A stretch of DNA of 64,000 nt from Ignavibacteriota bacterium (GTDB taxonomy: Bacteria; Bacteroidota; Ignavibacteria; Palsa-1295), in the NCBI GenBank assembly GCA_963787835.1, contig CAWBEI010000002.1:476369-540368 (forward strand). Direction: 5' to 3'. The position numbers and the translations under genes were made by a program. Below the pieces are notes generated by a model. The model was given only the letters and a program-made list of their open reading frames with translations. It did not search any database and had not been told where the DNA came from. Below are positions 1-9,847 of the stretch, one piece after another (position 1 is the stretch's first letter; each line of letters opens with the position of its first letter).

Positions 1-471
1 GGTATTTACACGATCCTTCTGACAAAACCAGGATTCGATACTCTGGCTTTCTCCAATTTTGCATTTCGCGGTGTTGGAACATCCTATTTCCTGAGCACCG
101 GTATTCAGGAGATCCCGATGGATTCCCTAGTTTATGCGGTGATCAACACCACGGAAGATTCGAATGTGAACGAGTATGAAGGTCTGATCAGCATGACTGG
201 AAACGCATCTGGCCCCGATAGCGCTTTCTTGGGCGAAGGGTTGATGGCGGCTTCCGGCGGAATCAATCAATCCGTTAGCGCAACTTTAACGAATGGACAA
301 ATTTCTAATTTGGTTAAGGGCGTCATTGGCTATTCCGAACCACCCTACACCAAAGGTGCAGTCGTAACATTTCGCGGATACATCTACGCAAACAATCCCA
401 TTATAGCATTCACTAATTTCCAACGAGCTGCGTCGCCCTATATCGTTCAGCGCACACTTACGCTGCCTTAG
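1..471 (+). CDS. Hypothetical protein, 5'-truncated at the window edge; the frame is open from position 1
   Basis: Frame 1 has no stop codon from nt 1 to 471. No recognisable motifs. Confidence 0.35.
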   Translation, partial: GIYTILLTKPGFDTLAFSNFAFRGVGTSYFLSTGIQEIPMDSLVYAVINTTEDSNVNEYEGLISMTGNASGPDSAFLGEGLMAASGGINQSVSATLTNGQISNLVKGVIGYSEPPYTKGAVVTFRGYIYANNPIIAFTNFQRAASPYIVQRTLTLP

Positions 472-487
472 CGATGCAAGACACCCC

Positions 488-1066
488 ATGACGAACGAGC
501 GCCAGCGCGAATTCCTGGAGATGTTAGAACCGGCGTACGACCGGCTCTCTCGCTATGCGCTCGCCGTCACTCGAGACGAGATGGATGGCGAGGATCTGGT
601 AGGAGCAACGGTGCTCGCCGCGTATGAACAGTTTGAACGATACACAGACGAAGCGCCCTTCTTGCACTTCCTGGTCAAAATTGCCTCGAGGTTATACAAG
701 CGGCAGCGTTATCGCGAACGCAATCGGGTGCCATACAATGAAGCATTGGCACTCGCAAATCGGGATTCAGGGACTTCCCCTGAAACCGCTGCCGAAATAC
801 GATTAGTCACAGAAGCATTACAATCGCTGCCGGAAAAAATGCGTGAGACGGTCGTATTATTTTATGTATCCGATTTTTCGCTCGAAGAGATCCGTCGCAT
901 TCAATCCGGAACGTTGAGCGGAGTAAAATCCCGCCTCAAGCGCGGTAGAGAACAATTAGCTCAAGTGCTTGGCGAGGAACCTTCGCAGGTGAGATCGCCG
1001 GTCATGAAGAAAAGGTCAGAGGATAATATGGCATTCTTTCTTATTGCCGAGGAACGTTATGTATAA
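488..1066 (+). CDS. RNA polymerase ECF-type sigma-70 factor
   Basis: Sigma-70 regions 2 and 4 are recognisable (…DLVGATVLAAYEQFERY…, …LPEKMRETVVLFYVSDFSLEEI…). The 3' end overlaps the downstream gene. Confidence 0.85.
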   Translation: MTNERQREFLEMLEPAYDRLSRYALAVTRDEMDGEDLVGATVLAAYEQFERYTDEAPFLHFLVKIASRLYKRQRYRERNRVPYNEALALANRDSGTSPETAAEIRLVTEALQSLPEKMRETVVLFYVSDFSLEEIRRIQSGTLSGVKSRLKRGREQLAQVLGEEPSQVRSPVMKKRSEDNMAFFLIAEERYV

Positions 1067-2162
1067 CAAAGACTATCAAGACTATTTCCAGGTGCTCCGC
1101 ACGCGCGAAGCTCGACCCTCCTTCGAGCAGATCGTGCAATTAGTAGCGAGCGCCGAAACTCGGGACCGATCGTTGATGCCATTCTATGCCAGGCTCGTAG
1201 GCCCGTTCGTGCTTGGCAGCATCATGGCGGCAGGTGCATGGGCACTTTTTACGCCACAGGGAGGGTCGAACGCGTCGCGAATCGTTCCTATCCGAGCAGC
1301 GATCTCAGTACGTGTTTCCGCATCATCTCTTCCGTCAGTTCCCGCACCAACAACGGAACTCGTTAGTGGAAGCGACATGAGGTTCGTTAGTACGAATGTC
1401 ATCGAAAGTGGGAAAAATGTCAAAAATGGAACCCAAATAATTCATAAGCAGATTATTGAGCCAATCTCGGTCATTCAATCCGATGCTCCGTCGGAGATAG
1501 TGATTCCGCAAGCGAATGTCGGCGACATAAATGCTCCACTTTCTACATGCAATGTCCGGCAGCAAGCTTCCTCAATTCATCCAATTAGATATGAAGATCA
1601 ACCAGCTCCTATCGCCATTCCATCGTCGGATGAAGAACTCACTGAAGATCTATTTGTAACTCTTGGCGGAGCGATCTCACAGCAACTTGGTACAAATACA
1701 CAATTTCATCAGACCTCTTTCAGCGATGCATTCTTAGGCATTGGCTACGCATTCACGGCAAATTCGTCGGTACGCCTACTTGTCGGCGAGGAGGCGTTCT
1801 CCGAGCCATCCTCATTAACGACGGGCACCATTGTTTTTTACGACACGATCTTGGGCTCCAGCCATGACGTGATCGGCATGGAGAGAAACTCCAACACCCC
1901 TATACTGACCAGAATATGTTGGCTTGGAGGAAGTTACCGATATACCCTCGGCGATGAATCCTCCGTGCTCAGACCCTTTGCGGAAGTAATGGCTGGTGGC
2001 TCGACCGATGGATTCCTAACGCACCAGTCGATTGGTGCTGAATTCATTACTTCGAATTCCATTAACTTCGATCTCCTCTTCGAAACGAGCGAATTGTTAC
2101 CCTTGAATAGCTCGTGGCTGACAAAAGCTGGGATCTCCGCAGCTATGCAATTCCGCTGGTAA
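1044..2162 (+). CDS. Putative anti-sigma factor / membrane protein cognate to the upstream ECF sigma
   Basis: Overlaps the sigma gene by 23 nt. One transmembrane segment (…LVGPFVLGSIMAAGAWALF…) is followed by a long extracytoplasmic domain. Confidence 0.4.
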   Translation: MPRNVMYNKDYQDYFQVLRTREARPSFEQIVQLVASAETRDRSLMPFYARLVGPFVLGSIMAAGAWALFTPQGGSNASRIVPIRAAISVRVSASSLPSVPAPTTELVSGSDMRFVSTNVIESGKNVKNGTQIIHKQIIEPISVIQSDAPSEIVIPQANVGDINAPLSTCNVRQQASSIHPIRYEDQPAPIAIPSSDEELTEDLFVTLGGAISQQLGTNTQFHQTSFSDAFLGIGYAFTANSSVRLLVGEEAFSEPSSLTTGTIVFYDTILGSSHDVIGMERNSNTPILTRICWLGGSYRYTLGDESSVLRPFAEVMAGGSTDGFLTHQSIGAEFITSNSINFDLLFETSELLPLNSSWLTKAGISAAMQFRW

Positions 2163-2218
2163 GTTTGGTTCAGAACGTGAATGGGATTGCAAATCTCTCA
2201 TTCTCGGTTTCCTGACTC

Positions 2219-3440
2219 ATGACTTATCACATCACCAGAGCTGTAATCCAAGATCCAAGAAAAATTTCTCTCCTTCGCGCATTGCTGTTTGGCAGTGTGC
2301 TTATTTCCACTTCACTCTCAGTGGTTTCGTTTGCACAAATTCGAACGTTGTCGTCGCTTCCAAAGCCGGACCACATCCTTGTTGTTATTATGGAGAATCA
2401 TAGCTATGACGAGATCATCGGCTCATCGGCAGCCCCGCATATCAACGCTCTCGCGAGTGGTGCAAACTCCGCAGTGTTTACACAATCGTTCGCCATCGAG
2501 CATCCGAGCCAACCGAACTATCTTGATCTCTACTCCGGCAGCAATCAGGGGGTGACCAGTGACGACCAACCGACAAACTTGCCGTTCACAACACCTAATC
2601 TTGGCGGAGAACTAATCGACGCCGGACTTTCCTTCGCAACCTACTCCGAAGATCTTCCAAGTGTCGGATTTGGTGGCGCAACTTCCGGGAATTATGCCCA
2701 AAAACACAATCCCTCATCCGAATGGATGGGAACCGGAACGAATCAGCTCTCGGATACCACGAACCAACCGTTCACAGCATTTCCCTCGGATTTTACACAA
2801 CTGCCCACCGTGTGCTATGTCATCCCGAACCTGAACGACGACATGCACAACGGCACCGATCCATCTACCATTATCGCTGGTGACATGTGGGTCTATAACA
2901 ATCTAAACACATATATCCAATGGGCGAATACGCACAATAGTCTTTTTATCATCACTTTTGACGAGGATGATAATTCACCGGTAAATCAGATTCCGACCAT
3001 TTTTTCCGGGCAAATGGTAAAAACGGGGCAGTATTCTGAAACGATCAATCATTTTAATGTACTTCGAACCATCGAAGATATCTATGGCCTTCCTCATGCC
3101 GGCAGTGCTGCAACGGCAACTCCGATCTCGGATACCTGGCTCGTTTCATCTGACGTAACAACGCCAGAGAATCATCAACCAACGATCTCCATCTTCCCAA
3201 ATCCAGCCACGAGCGGCACAAAAATTCAGTGCTCAATCGATAACATAGGTTTGGGAGAAGTTTTTATTGTCAACACACTCGGTGTTGAAGTGTCACGACT
3301 GTTTTCCGGGACACTCGTCACAGGAGATTACTCGTTTGTTTGGGATTCGACTGGAATGCCGGGCGGGGATATATGAATGTTGTATCAGAACGATCGGAAC
3401 AATGGCTCATTTTCCGATTGTCTTAGTGGATCGAAACTGA
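2219..3440 (+). CDS. Phosphoesterase-family protein (phospholipase C / acid phosphatase-like) with a T9SS C-terminal sorting domain; a 1-nt frameshift splits the C-terminal domain near nt 3365
   Basis: …HILVVIMENHSYDEI…PNYLDLYSG… matches the phosphoesterase family. The annotated ORF ends at 3376, but the +1 frame continues …GIYECCIRTIGTMAHFPIVLVDRN*, which matches the terminal strand pattern of other T9SS C-terminal domains in this window. Confidence 0.6.
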
Positions 3441-3447
3441 TTCTGGA

Positions 3448-4104
3448 ATGCCCCGATTCATAAAATATAAATATTGCCTCGTCATCCTTGCGCTTGCAGG
3501 GATAACAGGCTGTGGAATGTTCGGTAAGGCAACGAAGCCTGTTCCGATCGCCTCCCCGTATCCGCCGCTTGCCGGTGTGCTTGATGAAGAGTATCTACAC
3601 TCACCATCCGGGGACATTGCCGGTCAATTTCCTAAGGGGTGGCTGCAAGTTGATATTCAAACCATCCCAATGAATAATGTCGAGGAGGTCTATACCGACC
3701 CAGAGCGCCGTTGGGCTCTGGTTCTTGCGGAGATCCCTTCAACGGCAGAATTCCGCCGCAGCGTAGCCCGCGATGGCATGCTGGCGCTTCCGGACCAATC
3801 TTTTGCCTCAAAATATGCCAAAGCGCCCGGAAATCTTGTCCTGACAAGGCCAGCAGAGGTCTATTCCGAAAATGGAAAGCTATTTGCAAGCTATAACTAC
3901 TCTGAAACAGGAACAGACTCGCTGCACCGAATAGAGAACCGGCAAGTGCTATTTACGACCGGCTCTAAGTTTTACGAGCTTGGAATGATAGAAATCGATA
4001 CGACCGCGAACAGCCAGTCAGAGCGTGTTCAGAACTTCCGCCTGTTGGAGTCTGTTACGGCGTCGCTCGAAGGAGTAGCCGAAATTCGAGCAGACACGCT
4101 TTGA
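3448..4104 (+). CDS. Hypothetical lipoprotein
   Basis: Lipoprotein signal peptide with a lipobox Cys (…LALAGITGCGMF…). Confidence 0.5.
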   Translation: MPRFIKYKYCLVILALAGITGCGMFGKATKPVPIASPYPPLAGVLDEEYLHSPSGDIAGQFPKGWLQVDIQTIPMNNVEEVYTDPERRWALVLAEIPSTAEFRRSVARDGMLALPDQSFASKYAKAPGNLVLTRPAEVYSENGKLFASYNYSETGTDSLHRIENRQVLFTTGSKFYELGMIEIDTTANSQSERVQNFRLLESVTASLEGVAEIRADTL

Positions 4105-4160
4105 AAGGATGAGGGCTGAAGGATAAAGGATGAAGGTAGGAAAATCCAAGAAATTTCCCC

Positions 4161-4382
4161 GTTCATACTTCATAATTCATACTTCATACTTGCCATTGGG
4201 GCGTCGCCAAGCGGTAAGGCACCGCCCTTTGGAGGCGGCATTCGGAGGTTCGAATCCTCCCGCCCCAGCTTTTTGGGAAAAGATGAATTATGAAGTATGA
4301 AGTATGAAAGAATATCGGTATTTTTTCTCGCTTCTTAATCACTAAATTTTCCGGCATTTTTTCATACTTCATAATTCATACT
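4161..4382. repeat. Tandem-heptamer (TTCATAC/TTCATAA) inverted-repeat arms at 4161-4190, 4281-4307 and 4355-4382, bracketing tRNA-Gln and ending 10 nt before the der start codon
   Basis: The outer two arms are in the same orientation. The middle arm is the reverse complement and can pair with either. Confidence 0.7.
4196..4267 (+). tRNA. tRNA-Gln (anticodon TTG)
   Basis: Cloverleaf with a U1:A72 acceptor pair, anticodon stem CCGCC/GGCGG, loop CTTTGGA and T-loop TTCGAAT. CCA is not encoded. Confidence 0.8.
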
Positions 4383-4391
4383 TGCTCAAAA

Positions 4392-5702
4392 ATGTTACCT
4401 ACAGTTGCAATAGTCGGTCGGCCGAATGTCGGGAAATCGACGCTGTTCAACCGGCTGGCCGGTGAGCGGCGCGCTATCACCGAAGCGACATCCGGCGTTA
4501 CCCGCGACAGGCATTACACCAAAGCCGAATGGTCCGGGTATGAGTATAATCTGATCGACACCGGCGGAGTTGTATCCGGTTCCAATGACATTTTCGAACG
4601 TGCGATCAAAGAACAAGCTGAGATCGCGATCGAAGAAGCCGATGTGATCCTCTTTGTTGCCGATGTCACCTCCGGACTTCATCCGCTCGATTCCGAAGTA
4701 GCGCAGATGCTGCGGAAATCCGGCAAACCCATTTTTTTGCTTGCTAACAAAGCCGATAACGAAAAACGCGAACCGCTTGCAGCCAGCGAATTTTATCCGC
4801 TCGGCTTGGGCGAACCAATTCCTATCAGCGCCATCAACGGACGCGGCGTAGCGGATTTCCTCGATGAGCTTCTGAAGAAATTCCCGCCCAAAGAAGAAAA
4901 AAGCGATGAGCCGGAGCCATTGAAACTTGCAATCGTCGGCAAGCCGAACGTCGGAAAGTCAAGCTATTTGAATGCCCTGTTAGGACAAGACCGCGCCATT
5001 GTCACCCCCATCGCAGGAACCACGCGCGATACGTTACATACCGATTACAGCTATTACGGACAAAAGATCACGCTCATAGATACCGCCGGACTTCGCCGTA
5101 AGAAATATATCTCCGACTCGATAGAACTTTATTCCACCATCCGCACGATGAAGGCCATCGAGGAGTGCGACGTTGCACTGGTCATGCTCGATGCCACGCA
5201 GGGGATGGAAAATCAGGATGCAAAGATCGTTAATGAAGTGGTTGAGGCGCGAAAGGGTGCAGTGATCGTCATCAACAAATGGGATGCCGTTGAAAAGGAC
5301 ACAATGACCTCAGCGAATTTCGAAAAGCAACTGCGCGAGACGTTCCGAACGCTGGATTACATTCCCATCGTCTTCATCAGCGCACTGACCCATTTGCGGC
5401 ACACGAAACCCATTGATATTGCTCTGAAAGTAAATGCCGGTCGCAAGAAACGCATTGACACCAGCGAGCTGAACGGTGTTCTTCTCGAAGAGATCGGCCG
5501 CACTCCACCGCCCGGCGTGCGCGGACACGACCTGCGCATCAATTATATCACGCAAGTCAATACCGAGCCGCCCGTCTTCGCCTTTTTCTCCAATTTTCCC
5601 GAGGAGATCCCCAGCGCCTACAAACGCTTCCTCGAACGCGCGCTCCGTAACCATTTCGGCTTCGAAGGCGTGACGGTTTCGTTTGTGTTTAGGAAGAAAT
5701 GA
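4392..5702 (+). CDS. der: Ribosome-associated GTPase Der/EngA (tandem GTP-binding domains)
   Basis: Two G domains (GRPNVGKSTLFN…DTGG…NKAD and GKPNVGKSSYLN…DTAG…NKWD) plus a KH-like C-terminus. Confidence 0.95.
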   Translation: MLPTVAIVGRPNVGKSTLFNRLAGERRAITEATSGVTRDRHYTKAEWSGYEYNLIDTGGVVSGSNDIFERAIKEQAEIAIEEADVILFVADVTSGLHPLDSEVAQMLRKSGKPIFLLANKADNEKREPLAASEFYPLGLGEPIPISAINGRGVADFLDELLKKFPPKEEKSDEPEPLKLAIVGKPNVGKSSYLNALLGQDRAIVTPIAGTTRDTLHTDYSYYGQKITLIDTAGLRRKKYISDSIELYSTIRTMKAIEECDVALVMLDATQGMENQDAKIVNEVVEARKGAVIVINKWDAVEKDTMTSANFEKQLRETFRTLDYIPIVFISALTHLRHTKPIDIALKVNAGRKKRIDTSELNGVLLEEIGRTPPPGVRGHDLRINYITQVNTEPPVFAFFSNFPEEIPSAYKRFLERALRNHFGFEGVTVSFVFRKK

Positions 5703-5748
5703 GCGGGGTCTATATTCATTCTTTCGTCAAGCTAAACATTAAGAGGCC

Positions 5749-6576
5749 ATGATTCGAATTGATGGTAAAGATACTTACATAGTATATGCCGACTGGAATA
5801 TTTTTGACGATATTACAAAATCAAGACAGAATGAGCTCGAGAAAGTTGTTGCTTTAGCAAAAGAGAAGAAATCAATTATTTGTCCATATTCCATCATCCA
5901 CCTCCATGAGGCTAGCAACGTCGATCTTACAATTCCCGATGGAGATAAATTAGTTGATATTAACTATAATTCAATCCGTTCTTTCTCAGATTTTTGGCAT
6001 ATCGAGAATGCCGATGCTTCGGATCTCAGAGTGCGAAGAGTCGATCCTTCCGAAATTCTTGACCCACCTTTAGCCCGATCGTTTATCACGAACTTTGAAA
6101 ATGCGATAGCTCCAATTATGGAAGGAATTGCTATAGTCCGTCAAAATGCTAAAGATCATGGATTAGATTCAAAAGTTTTAAATAACACATCGTCAAAAAA
6201 TTTTATATCAAGAGTTGATGATATTCTTGTTTCACAAGAAAATTTAGCAGAATACAGGCATCTTGCACCTGAGGGTTTAACCTTCGATGATCTCTTGGTT
6301 TTAGGCTCAAAAATTGCTGGGACAAATGCCCATCAGGAGCTTGTGCTTGTTTATGTTCTCTCAGACCTGACTGGCTATCACAGTGATCGCGTCGCTGATT
6401 TAAAATCGCTCTGGAGGGACGCCTCCCATGTCGCCTTTGCACGAGGTGCAGATGTTTTAATATCTTCAGATAAGCGTTTGCGACAGAAGGCTACCTTAAC
6501 TTATGAAAAGCTTGGTTGGCCAACCATAGTTCTTGATGCCGTTGATGCTGCAAAATTAATTGAGCAAATCCCTTAA
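5749..6576 (+). CDS. Hypothetical protein in a low-GC island; the C-terminus has a PIN-like signature (…HVAFARGADVLISSDKRL…)
   Basis: The ORF is about 40% GC against ~55% for its flanks, and nothing else recognisable is in it. Confidence 0.5.
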   Translation: MIRIDGKDTYIVYADWNIFDDITKSRQNELEKVVALAKEKKSIICPYSIIHLHEASNVDLTIPDGDKLVDINYNSIRSFSDFWHIENADASDLRVRRVDPSEILDPPLARSFITNFENAIAPIMEGIAIVRQNAKDHGLDSKVLNNTSSKNFISRVDDILVSQENLAEYRHLAPEGLTFDDLLVLGSKIAGTNAHQELVLVYVLSDLTGYHSDRVADLKSLWRDASHVAFARGADVLISSDKRLRQKATLTYEKLGWPTIVLDAVDAAKLIEQIP

Positions 6577-6709
6577 TTTGATAGGCATTAAGAAATCCCC
6601 TCCCCATTCGGCACAACTTGGGCGATCTGTAAGTTTAAGAGCGTCCCGCATGATTGCTCATCCGATGACCGCTCATCCCCCGCGCATGATTGCTCATGCT
6701 TGATTTTTC

Positions 6710-8131
6710 ATGGTTTTTAACAGCCTTGCGTTCGCCATTTTCCTGCCGATCGTCCTAATCGGCTATTACCTGCTGCCCTTCAAAGGCCAGAACAGGTTTC
6801 TGCTGGTGGCCAGCCTCTTTTTTTATGCCTGGTGGGACTGGCGGTTTCTGTTCTTGCTTGGCCTCACCATCGTCGTAGATTACTATTCCTCGCAGGCCAT
6901 CAAGCGGGCTACGGAAAGGAAAATAAAGCTCCGCTGGCTTAGGCTATCGCTTGGAAGCAATCTTCTCGTACTCAGCATATTCAAGTACAGCAATTTTTTC
7001 ATCTCTTCGTTCGCCGCGATGCTTACGCAGATCGGGTTCCATGTGCATCCGGTTACACTCCAACTTGCGCTGCCGATCGGAATAAGTTTCTATACGTTCA
7101 TGTCGATGTCCTACGTGATCGACGTGTATTGGGGCAAGTTCGATCCGGCCGAGAATTTCTGGGATTTCGGGCTCTTCGTTTCTTATTTCCCGCATCTTGT
7201 GGCTGGCCCAATTTTGCGTGCAGGTCAACTTCTGCCGCAGATCATGAAGCCGCGCACTGTTTCGAAAGAGCAGATACGCGATGGATTGGCGCTCATCCTG
7301 CTCGGACTCATTCGCAAAGTGCTTATCGCCGATCTTGTGGCGGGTATGGTCGATGAAGCATTCACCAGCGTTCACGCGATGACAAGCGCCGATCTGCTGT
7401 TCCGCATGTGGCTCTTTACCATCCAAATTTATGGCGATTTTGCAGGATATAGCGACATGGCTCGCGGCATCAGCAAATTATTTGGGATCGAACTCCATAT
7501 CAATTTCGCGACGCCATTTCTATCGCAGAACATCACGGAACTTTGGCGCAGATGGCATATCTCGCTTTCAAGCTGGCTGCGCGATTACGTTTATATCCCG
7601 CTCGGCGGAAGCCGAAAAGGACCTGCCCGAACCTACTTCAATAATTTTATCACCATGATCGTGAGCGGCCTTTGGCATGGCGCGAACTGGACGTTCGTCG
7701 GTTTTGGCGCAGTCAATGGGATCGGACTTGCCATTCATAAAGCGTGGCTTAGGATCACCAAACGAACGGTTCCCAAAGGATTTGGAACTCCCAAATGGAC
7801 GTGGAAATCGCCATTTATGATTCTCATGACGATCAATCTCTATTCTTTCTCCCTGTTGCTGTTTCGCACTCCAAATTTTGCTACATTCGGCGCGTATGTG
7901 TCTCGAATGTTTTCGTTCGTGCCGGGAATTCATAAAGGAGCCACACTTTTTGTTCTGCCACTAATATTACTCTCGTTCACACTCGATATTCTGCAATACA
8001 CAGGATTCGGACAGCGTATGTTCGAGCGCATGAATTTTGCAACGCAAACCGTGGCCTTCGGTATTCTCTTCGCGCTCGTGCTCATTGCCGGTTCGGATAA
8101 TAGCATTCCATTCATTTATTTTCAATTCTAA
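6710..8131 (+). CDS. Membrane-bound O-acyltransferase (MBOAT; AlgI/DltB family)
   Basis: Multi-pass membrane protein with the MBOAT motifs …RWHISLSSWLRDYVYIPLGG… and …SGLWHGANW…. Confidence 0.9.
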   Translation: MVFNSLAFAIFLPIVLIGYYLLPFKGQNRFLLVASLFFYAWWDWRFLFLLGLTIVVDYYSSQAIKRATERKIKLRWLRLSLGSNLLVLSIFKYSNFFISSFAAMLTQIGFHVHPVTLQLALPIGISFYTFMSMSYVIDVYWGKFDPAENFWDFGLFVSYFPHLVAGPILRAGQLLPQIMKPRTVSKEQIRDGLALILLGLIRKVLIADLVAGMVDEAFTSVHAMTSADLLFRMWLFTIQIYGDFAGYSDMARGISKLFGIELHINFATPFLSQNITELWRRWHISLSSWLRDYVYIPLGGSRKGPARTYFNNFITMIVSGLWHGANWTFVGFGAVNGIGLAIHKAWLRITKRTVPKGFGTPKWTWKSPFMILMTINLYSFSLLLFRTPNFATFGAYVSRMFSFVPGIHKGATLFVLPLILLSFTLDILQYTGFGQRMFERMNFATQTVAFGILFALVLIAGSDNSIPFIYFQF

Positions 8132-8134
8132 GGA

Positions 8135-9157
8135 ATGCAGAACCGATTCATCTCACAATACTTTGCGGAATTTCGCTACACATTTGCAGCGGGAATCTGC
8201 ATTGTTGTAATTGCCTACGCGGTGATCGTTGGGCTTGTGCTTGCCGTGCCGCATTTGCCATTGGCGAACAAGCGCACCTTCTATGGCTTACTCCGAGCAC
8301 AGATGGCAATCGATGAAGGCAAAAAGCTTCCGGAAACGAAGCAGGAGATGGTGCTTTTTCTTGGCAGTTCTGTGGTCGAACGCGGAGTTTCCGAACTTTC
8401 GATGGATAGCGTCTTCCGGAACGAACATCTTCCTTATGAAACGATGAACGCTGGCACCGGCGGTTTCTGCGCCGATGCAAACCTTCCTATGTTCCGCGCC
8501 ATGCTCGATGATGGATTAAAGCCAACGTTCGTCATTTACGGCGTTAGCATTCAGGAGTTGAATGGCGCTTCAACCGTCCATGCTTTTTTGGGAACGAAAG
8601 ATACGGCCTCCGTAAAACTAAAACCCAAAACATTCTGGAATATCTTGCGTTATGGCCCAACGGCGCTTGCTCCTCTTATGAGTGGCGACCACTTCCACCA
8701 GTATGTTTTTGCGGCGAATAATGCCTTTCGAGATGTGCCGAACCTGAACCTCTTCAACCGCCTGATGTTCGGCGAGAATAGCCCGCCACGCGACAGCACC
8801 TACGTGTTTAACCCTATCTACCTTCAGGATCTAAAAGAGATCGTGACGATGTGCCAGTCACGCGGGATAAAGGTAGCTCTTTATAATGCCCCGCTCCGCA
8901 AGCGCACAACGAGTGAGGTGGATATTCCGTACGAACATCGCGGCGACAGTTACGAAAAAGTTCTCGGCCTCGCGAAAGAGCAGCATATTCCATTCTGGAA
9001 TTTTGACAGAGTGGGAATTTTCACTTATTCGGAATTCCAGGATAATTACCATCTCACCCCGATGGGCGCGAAGAAGATCTCTGCCATGCTTGCCGATTCC
9101 ATTGCTCACTGGCAAGCAAGTTCTCACACTCAGGATGGCATCGAGACGCTGGAATAA
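8135..9157 (+). CDS. MBOAT-associated periplasmic partner protein (DltD/AlgJ-like), putative
   Basis: Lies 4 nt downstream of the MBOAT gene. It has an N-terminal membrane anchor and an extracytoplasmic domain, the usual arrangement for MBOAT partners. Confidence 0.4.
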   Translation: MQNRFISQYFAEFRYTFAAGICIVVIAYAVIVGLVLAVPHLPLANKRTFYGLLRAQMAIDEGKKLPETKQEMVLFLGSSVVERGVSELSMDSVFRNEHLPYETMNAGTGGFCADANLPMFRAMLDDGLKPTFVIYGVSIQELNGASTVHAFLGTKDTASVKLKPKTFWNILRYGPTALAPLMSGDHFHQYVFAANNAFRDVPNLNLFNRLMFGENSPPRDSTYVFNPIYLQDLKEIVTMCQSRGIKVALYNAPLRKRTTSEVDIPYEHRGDSYEKVLGLAKEQHIPFWNFDRVGIFTYSEFQDNYHLTPMGAKKISAMLADSIAHWQASSHTQDGIETLE

Positions 9158-9817
9158 CTAACTTCGGATCAGAAAAAAAAGCGCCACAACAGCAGCAGCC
9201 CCAAGCACGACCATAATCGGTTCCAGCGTGTTCGACCAAAAACCGCTCTGCGGAGGTCCGTAGTGCACGTAGCGCGATGCGTTATTCTGTAACTGCATCC
9301 AATCGCTCGGGGTGAGATCAATAGTTACTGTGCGAGCAAGCGTGCGTGAGACCGCGATGGAATTCATCGGCTGCAGGAGTTCGCCTTGCATTCTAATATC
9401 CATACGGGCCTTCCCGGAATCCATCCGCTGAACATTCGCAGAAAGTTGGGATACATAAAAAAGCGGTGCAGAGGCAACCATCGCCTTTTGCACCGCCGTA
9501 AATAATGGAGTATAGGTGCTATCGCCAGCCAGTAATGCCTGGCTACCGTTGATTGAAGGCACCATCGGCATGAGCGAAGACGCAAGCACACTATCTACTC
9601 GAGTAAGTTGCGCACACAATCCTGACGGTAAGGCGAAGATCGTCGAGGTGAAGATCAAGAGATTTAACGCCATTGCGAGGAGAATAAAGCGACCCGCATG
9701 ATCGGTCATGCGTGAAGGAATCTTATTAGACGAAGCAATCTCCGTCTCAACATGCAGCGATTGCTTCGAAAGAATCACTCCGCTTCGCTTCGTGACTCTT
9801 TCTCGCAATGACATCAT
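9158..9817 (-). CDS. Hypothetical membrane protein
   Basis: ORF with N- and C-terminal hydrophobic segments. Confidence 0.35.
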   Translation of the reverse strand: MMSLRERVTKRSGVILSKQSLHVETEIASSNKIPSRMTDHAGRFILLAMALNLLIFTSTIFALPSGLCAQLTRVDSVLASSLMPMVPSINGSQALLAGDSTYTPLFTAVQKAMVASAPLFYVSQLSANVQRMDSGKARMDIRMQGELLQPMNSIAVSRTLARTVTIDLTPSDWMQLQNNASRYVHYGPPQSGFWSNTLEPIMVVLGAAAVVALFFLIRS

Positions 9818-9847
9818 ATCAATGTTTTTATTCTAGCGACGTGTACC

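Noticed and set aside
6944-7933. Minus-strand ORFs inside the MBOAT gene
   Set aside because: Antisense to a well-supported polytopic membrane protein gene.
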